This document shows positions 33,280 through 42,200 of a stretch of 64,000 nucleotides of DNA, piece after piece. The position numbers and the translations under genes were made by a program. The stretch comes from a virus, in IMG/VR virus record IMGVR_UViG_3300025096_000001, positions 1 through 64,000 of that record. One strand, written 5' to 3'. The notes beneath the pieces were generated by a model. It saw only the letters and a list, made by a program, of their open reading frames with translations, had not been told where the DNA came from and made no database searches. Numbering within the stretch: position 1 is the stretch's first letter; each line of letters opens with the position of its first letter.

Positions 33280-36200
33280 TAATAAATATCCTTCTTAATA
33301 CCATCTGGCGTTCCGGGACTAGAGGCCTTTGAGGCAGCTGGTGCCTCATCTGTTGTGCCGCGGGCAACGGCACTTGCCTCCCGAGCAACGGCCGCCGCGC
33401 CGCTGGCTCCATAAAGGTCATCTCCCGGAGTTCGCATTTTAAATGTTTTGGTAGGTGCCGAGACACTTTCGACGAAGGCTGCACGTGCTGTGGCGCCCTC
33501 AGATCCCGGTGGCATTGGTGGGGATGTCGATGTGCCCGGGGTGAATTCCTCACCGATTGCTCCGCCGTACCGACTAACAACTTCAGATTCTTCATGTGAC
33601 ATTTTAATATCAGCATCAATTTTGACTGACTCAATAATCGAAAAGAAATCATAGGGCCAGTTATATTGTGCATAAGAATCAAAACCATCAAGAGGAGCAT
33701 GACCAGTACCCGCACCATAAGCTAAGCTACCAATAGTGGATACTTTTTTATCATAATAATTAGACTGTACTCTCTGTTTTACTTTAAAAACCTGCCATCT
33801 TAAATTTGGATTCTCTAACAAATCAGACTCCTGAAAAAGTTCGTTATTCGCTAATATGTGGGATACCGAGGCGCCTTTTAACTCAAACTTGTTGTAGTTT
33901 CTTGGCATTACATTCTGCCACATGTACGATAGATCGTCTTTGTCAAATGTGTGACTAAACTCAAATATATACATAACAATAGGTTGGAGTTCCCTATTCG
34001 TGATAAAATCAAACTGTGGGGGGATTATATATTCTTGCATTAACCTAACCTGGGTCCTGATAGACTGTCCCACAAAATCTAACGATAGTCCCACCGGGGT
34101 GTTCATTAGATCATCTAGGGACGCGTCTATTTGTGCTAATGGGATTTCGAACAAATATTTATTTTCTACACTTGTTGGTATCGTACCATTAGCCGGCTCT
34201 TCTGCTGTTAACATATAGGGTACCGCAATAATAGCTTCTTTCACTGTTAGTGAATCTTTCAATTCTCCGATTCTTTTGCTTTTTTGTTTATCTCCAAAAC
34301 CAATCCTATCTCTCAGAGATTTGACCTTTGGTGCCAATTCGCCATCAGTGTCTGGGATGTAGTTATTATATGCACTTCCAGAGTTTCTTACGAGATAATG
34401 ATTTTTGAGCCAGTTTTCGGACATGTCATGCATCTCTAAAAACACACCAGTCTCCGCGTTGTGTGGAAGGGTTCCGAACTGATGCCACATTCCATTGGCG
34501 ATCGATCCGGAGGCATATATACCCTGCGTTCCACCGCCGGCGAGGGTGCGCGTTATTGTCTTGTTATTTAAGCTAGCGGTGACTGGTCTATCCCCATATT
34601 TGTCATTAAAGTTAAGCATTGGAGTTTCAAACTTTGTCTGAATGACCCACTTTTTACCAACTGTTTCAGTCTCAGATAATATGGTTCTGCCACTATCATG
34701 ATCAATAATTTCTTTTGGTACCGATTCGATACCAAAAATGTTCAAACTACTAGTTGCTTGCATAGCTGAATCATTGATTAGGGTACCGCCATAAATTGCT
34801 GTTGGAAAGGTATAATTACTTGTAATGCAATATGGATCATGGATTAATGAATGATAGCCGTGCACAATATCTTTAGCATATCCGTATCCGTGCGGATTAT
34901 TCGGATTACCACTATAAGTTCGAGCACCAGCGATTGGTGAGGTTTTCCCTGTGGAGGGTGATAATTTCCAATCGTAATTATTTACTCTCGGGCCTGGATC
35001 GACACGCCAACAGACAGTCTGGGTTGCTGCCATAATTTTTTCTAAATCATAAGTCACGCCAGTTTCGGGCCTAAAAATAAGATCAACCCAAGCCTCACCA
35101 TTATAATAAGGAGGTGTATAAGCCCAGTTAAAGCCCGTTCTACTGTCCATTACTTGAAAAGCGCCTGACGTATAGAAAGATGAAGTATATGGAGATAGGC
35201 GCTGACTGGGACCAATTGGGTTCGTGGCATCCAGGCCATGTATTCCCTCGATCGGTGGCCCAAAGGCGGTTGGGCGACTGTACATTGTGAATGTTTCTTT
35301 AAACGAGGGAGAATTCACAGGATCCTGTGGCAACTCAAAATATGAGGCGCCTGCCTGATATTGTTGAGATATGGACCTCGCCGCCTTCGTTGCGAGTCTT
35401 GGGTTGGGTGTGAAAGAGCGGCCGCCTAGGCGATTATATGCATAAATACTAAAAGATCCTGACTCCTTATTATAAATTCTCGATCCTGTAACGGAGCGTC
35501 TGAGTTTAATTCTAGCCATGTATACTTCATTATTGCCAAACTTAAGCTCTTTTATTGGTTCAGAGCGAAGTGAAGTAAACTCGGAATCCTTGAGATAAAA
35601 GTCAGCAACACCACCAAAGAAGTTTCTGGCCATCAGAGTATATGTTTTCTCCTCTGCTGAATTTAAGCCTGCCAAGACCGAGGAAGTTACAGGCATCCCC
35701 CCATAAGCTGAGCGCAGGGAACCGGTGTATTCTAAACTACAACTTGGGTGTGGTTCGACGTCCACAAAATCTCGCTTACTAATCAACTCTGGACGGATAA
35801 TACCCTCAAAGGGGATTCTTTTGTCGAAGAAAGAACCTGAGCCACCATACATTCCGCCCACGCCCGCGGGTGCGACAGGTTCGCCGGTGGTGGCTGGAAG
35901 ATCAGCTTCCCGAACACCGATAGCATAATCATTTATACCTTGGCTCGACGGAGGTTTCCAACCTAAACCGTTAACACTAATTTTTACTCTATCGTCGAAA
36001 ACTGGGTAATCAACTGCAATACCTGACTTGATTGAATTATATAGAATTCCGGGCGCAAACATGGCTTCACACAGCGGTCGTAGTGAGCCAGCGGCTCCAG
36101 ATAAAATAGTATCTCCATCTAATGTTAGATCATCAATAGAGTCCGGAATCATCGTTGATCTAATACGTGTTGACATATTTGGCATGAAGCTCTGTCTAAA

Positions 36201-39200
36201 TCTTTCAACAAGTTGTAAACTTCTTTCGGCAGGATAAAACCCTTCGTATGGGTGGAATTTTATGCTCGCTGAACATGCTAGCCTGATTTCTCTCGCGGGC
36301 AAGCCGGAATCGCTGTGGACTTGCGGGAAGTATCTCAGAAACTCTGAGTTACTATAATCTATATAAAAGTTGTTTTTTGAACTACTATGTTGGGTGCCGG
36401 GAATTTCAAAGGTATCGTTTTTGCCCTCGATGCTTGTTTTTCCAAAATCGATGTAATCGGGAATATGTTGGCTAATCCTGTATTCTGGGACTATCGCATA
36501 CCCTCGTGTCTTAAATTTCATTTCGGCGACGAATTTGTCATAATCATCATAGGCCGGCTTGCTTGGCTTAGAGACCCAGCGGCGATTGCCGAGGTTGTCT
36601 ATATCAACTATACCGGCTTTTTCTCCAGCTTCCCAAACAGCTTCACCACCAAAAACTTCAACCTGATTGGTCATATCAAAAGGTGTTGTTCCGAGTTTTA
36701 TGCCAGATGTTACAGTTCCAACAGCTGTTTGTATTTGGGTGGTGTATCGTTGGGCCGCTTGGTCATGAACTCCGTACGGTGACGCAAGCGATAGTGGAGA
36801 ACCTAAAGTGTGTTTTCTCGCGTACAGTGCGCCGGGCGCGAAAGCTTTGACTCTCTCCATGAAGTCATAGTTGTGTCTGGCGCCATTTGGCCCCTCACCG
36901 TAAGATATTGCACTACCAGTCTGATAGGACATATATGTATTTTGTAGCTCTCCTGGGGAAGCATAGGCGCGCCATTTGACATAATTATCAATGTCTGCGC
37001 GGCCGTCAGCACCATCTCCATAATCTCGGATTAGTGATGGGCCTGTGCGAGTTAAAATATTAGTTGGGGCATCCATTTTCCAAGCGCTAGAAGACATTCT
37101 AAGATTAAAGGAATTCTTTCTAGTCCAGTTAGGTGCCGGCAAGAGCGGGTTGGTTACTGGATATGCATACCTGTCTAACTCGGCATTAATGCTGTTTCGA
37201 GCATCTCGGTTTGAGTGCCAAAACCCATTGTTGTAATCTGTTCTCTGGGAAGGTACACGTCGTAAATGGTTTCTGTATGAGGGGAAGATACTTTCCCTAC
37301 TAATGAGGTAATTGATATCTCGGATATCCGGAGAAGCATAGCTTGCCATCAATAATGCTTGAAGCGGATTTATTTCGAGAGGAGCATAAACATACCTGTG
37401 ATTTAAGGCATCATCTTGAAAATATATTTTCTGGTGGCCCACGGTCATTAATACATTCTGAGTGGCGCCAGCCGCGTCAACCATCTGAATTGATACTTGT
37501 GCTGGGCGCCCTAAAACACTAACTGGTTGTAAATCATATTTTTCAATAGTGCGATTGTCATGCGATACGACGGAGATCTTGTTCTCGGCGCGCTCGTTCT
37601 TGATTAATTGAGTGTCGCTGCGCTGTCTAATATTCTGCCACATCGAGCCACCAAAGAGACCATTTCTTTTGATCATGAGGCTGTTAAACATATATCCCGC
37701 GGGTCCGCCGGCGCCAAAGTTCATACTGGTCGGCTCAGCAAAATCACTATTAATATACGACTTATAAGCAAATTTATCGCTACTATTAGGATATCCTACA
37801 ATATTTGTACTACCACTAACTGGTTCAATAATATTAGTATTGAAATTGCTAACTTGGGGAACGTTACTGATAGTACTTACTTGTGTCGGATCCCATTTCC
37901 GAACTGTACCAGCCAGAAAACTGTAAGCTTGGCTAGAGGTAGCAAAAAGGTACTGATCAACACGACCATTGGAACTGGACACCTTGAAATCTAAGGCATT
38001 GAATCCAGGGGGGCCATTATCAGCTACCAAGCTTGCAGCTATCCAAGCGTATTGCTTAGTTTGGCGCGGGATTTGATGCGACACGAAGAAATTATCATAA
38101 ATTTGATCGCAATCATAGCCGGTAACTACGTAGTCTCTGCTAGCCAATGTAGCGCCGCCGACCAAAATGCCCGTTGAAGATGTGCCGGCTAATACAACAG
38201 CAGCGCCATGATCAGCAGGATCTCTAGCAGTTATTTGAATATTAGCACCACTAACTACATCCACAATCCTGTTAGTTAAGTTGATGTCTTGTGTCGGAGC
38301 CGAGCCGCTAATCGATGTATTATCACCAGAGCCATCACCCATTCTCCACCAAGAATATAAGTTTCCGATATTAGAATCGGAAGAAGCAGTTAAGTTTATA
38401 GGACTCCCATCGTTATAATATTTGTTAATGTCTGTAGGGGTTAGTGCTGTCTTCCACATAGCTATTTCGTCAATGGATCCAGTCCACTGAGAGTTATTTG
38501 TGTTAAGACTACCGAAAAATTGGACCGGTGAGGCTATATCAAGGTTTTCCCAATTTCGGAAGTTATTCATCGTTGCTGTAGAGCCGGTTCGAATATAGTC
38601 TGCTGTAAAATTACCTGACCATGTGCCGGGGTAGTGAAGTCCGTTAATATAAAACGACGCAGTTGCTCTATTGTTAGAAAGGTCACCATGCAACGCTGAC
38701 AGCGTAAACACTAAATTTATCCAGTCACTACCGGTGAGGTGTGCGGCTGTGGTGGTGAATGTCTTTGATTGAGCACTGTTGTTCGCAACATTATGTGCTC
38801 TGAGCATATATTTAATTTTTCCGTTGCTTTCTCGTCTTAGTTTATGTATCGGTGCTGTTCCATCCCATCCTAAACTAACAAATTCTTCGGCTACCGACGG
38901 GAAACCTCTCAACCACATGCTAACTGAAAACTCTACTCTTTTAGGTGTTGACCCGGGCAATATGTTTTGTGCGTAATTGCCATCGAAGATTCTTTGTTTT
39001 CTTTTGGTCAACATGTTGACATCAGAAGGATCGATCAATATTGTAGTGCCATCAGACGAGGTTCTCTTTGCGGTTATTAACAAGTGTTTTGTGTTTGTCA
39101 AATGGTTATTTAAGTATGTGTTTGCCCATCCGTATTCTGGCTTACATCTGTCCATATTATTTCTATGAATCTTGTGAAACCCTGGCAACTGTGCATATTG

Positions 39201-42200
39201 TGCACCGGGTCCGCCGGATCTCGGATCTGTCTGCTGGTGGGTAGCTGATGTTCCAGAGATCCACAGTGAATCACGCATGAATCGAGCCGAATGTCGAGCA
39301 AGATGAGGGCGGAGACCAAAATCATAGCCGTGAATATCATAAGGTCGTATGCCTCTTGTTTCTACGAGCACTGAGGCGCCTTGCGGATGAGAAGAACTTG
39401 GGATCTGCTGCGGTTTAATAACCGACAGATTTTTGAATGGGAGAGCGTTATAGACAGAATATTCGTCTGCTCTAACATCGGTGTAGCCGGGCGTCATGAC
39501 TTCTATGCCACCGGGAGCCGAGAATTTATTTCTAATAACTGTTTTGTTGCCGGCGGCTGCAGTCAAATATGAAACACTATAATCTTCTACAAAGTCAAAG
39601 TGTTGCCTTGAGCCACCAACGGGATTAGAGTCATGTGGGCGATCGGGCTTCGTGGAGAGGAAGGTTCTGATGGATGTAGGCCTAGAACTGGTTGCGTAAT
39701 TTTGAAATGCGTTGGCCGGCAGCGTGGGCTGCTTTTCAATAAAGTTTCTAGGGTTTGATGTGGCGCCGAAAGTATGTATAATCTCATATTGATTGTTATA
39801 GTTACCGAGCACCATCTTGTTTGTAACACTGTTTTTTGTGTTAATGTTCTTTATATTTACTGGTCTTTTGGCTGTAAAATCTCTGTAATATACTGCGCGC
39901 TGTGGTTGAGTAGCGGGATATGGGGTGGGTGCGGGGTCAGCGACTGGTTCTGGATAATCAGCACCGACCATACCGATGGCGCCGGAATATATAGTATTGC
40001 ATGCACCAAGAAGAATTTTCCAACCTTCCGGACGATTATTCCACGTATCCGTAGCAGTAGCATTTACACCAGCATGGCGGTATTGCAAGCCTCCAACATT
40101 ATGTTCAGTAAACGGACCTTGCAATGGTTTTTCCATATCCGGCCCATATACATCATTGTGTAAGTTTGTTATTGCAATATGCATGTCCATAGCATTTTGA
40201 ACTTGTGTTTGGTAGCCGCCGGTTACTGATGAACTTATAACATTAAAGGGAAACGCCATGGACGTTTTTACGTGTTGATATCCATCACTATTATTACTGT
40301 CGCGGCCATGTAAAGCCTTTCCGTATCGTTTTGTTTTCTTAATTGGATCTGGTACGCGGTCCTTAAAGTTTGTGAGGGCTTCAAAATCGCTACCGTATGC
40401 TAATAGAATGTTTTGTGGTACAAAAATACCACCTGCTTGATTCACAGGGCCATGCGGGTATAGGGCACCTCTTGCGTAATCAAGGTTTTTAACATCTGTA
40501 AAGTTAACACCGCCCTTAATAGCTTCGTGTCGAGTGATTTTCGCATCAAATGTTTTTATGAATGTTCTACGGGGATATTCATGACTCAAGTATGCTTGCG
40601 AGTTCTTGCCGATCAATATAGTGTTGCTTGATGTCATCGCCGGGAATGACGAGACTATTTGTCTAATCGTCTCTCTCTGACTGTCAACCGTTGCATCACC
40701 GGAGGTAATCTCCGGTGCGGCTCTTTCCGCGCGGTCTTTCCAATATTTAAGACGAATATTGGTCTTTCTCGGAGAAGAGGGCAATGGACTCATACCGTCC
40801 GGACCATATAGCATTTCGGTCATACCATACGCTGGGGATGAGGGGTCCGGAACCTTAAATTCTAAAGTTGGGAACTTGTTCTCATACTTATTTCTCTCCA
40901 ACACATGACTTTCTATTGTGTTGGTGGTATCTGCCACAATGTCCATCGAGGCTGGGATTAGCTGCTGGAATATTTGAGATAGCGCGTCGTCAAACCATTT
41001 ATAATAAGCAACAAATTTTTCTACATCACTGACAGTTGTAACCCGCCGGAAAAATGCTTCTCGAAGTTTTTCTATAGATTTGTATCGAGAGCGGTATCTA
41101 TGAACCGGCTCACCAACCATGTTGTTGAAATCAACTACTCCAGCCAAGAAGATCAGCATCTCTTCTGATATTGCTTGATACATACTTTTTTCAATCGTAA
41201 ACAGGTAGTTTGGAATTGTTTCCGTGCTAGGAAATAATGTTTCATCATCACTTAGGATTTGAATCATATCAGAGCCGACATTTTCTTCTGGGTCAGTAAA
41301 CTTAAATGAATTTTCTCTTTTAATGTCGACTACGTTTGTTGAAGATTCAGCAAAATTATATCCATATCCAGTATGTTGTATTCCGGAAGTGTTACCCATC
41401 CAACCAAAGTTGTTCAATAATACGGCGGATCCAGACGAGAAGTCGCTAACCCAAAAGTTACCGCCTGAATCAGATCCAGTTACTGAATCAAAATTCCATT
41501 CTAAAGCTAACGAATTTTGATTTATTGTTTCATATTGTCCGCCTAAACCCAATGTGGTATTAAAAGAAGTATTTTTGAAGGATCCAGAAATACCAGAATT
41601 ATTAACATCAAACAAGTGCTGATTTAATGCGGCATTTTCTAAATGTTTCGTCCAATACTTGATATTTGAAACCAATGAATCGGCCTTGTGTACAATGGCG
41701 CCTGTCAAGTTTAATCGTTGGGCACCGGTATATACTCTTTTGTTTGAGGCGGCGGCGCGGGCGCCCTTTATATAACTTATAGAGCTAGAAACCTCGAAGC
41801 TATCTTGTATTACTCCTAGATTTTGTGTAATGCCGCGGAATATGACATCATATTCAAATGCTTTACCGACATCCGGAGTTGAGCCGGCAACGAAGCCAGA
41901 CACTCCATAATTTTTTGGTTTAAGCCTAACAGACAAATTCCACCTTTGATTATCATATACATCATTGAATACACTACTAGTAAGAAGTGGAAATGGCCGG
42001 CCGGCTTCGGCGGTATATGAGGATGTTAACATGAAGTAAACATCCTTTGAACTCGCTTCAGGTCTAATTGCATATACCTGCAAATTAGTACGATTGTCTT
42101 TCTCGGGGGTTGTTATAGAACCTTGTAGATGGTTCGCGCTAGCTGATGAAGGGGTCGATACTCCGAATAAAGAACTCGTTAAAAAATCTCTGTCAAATGT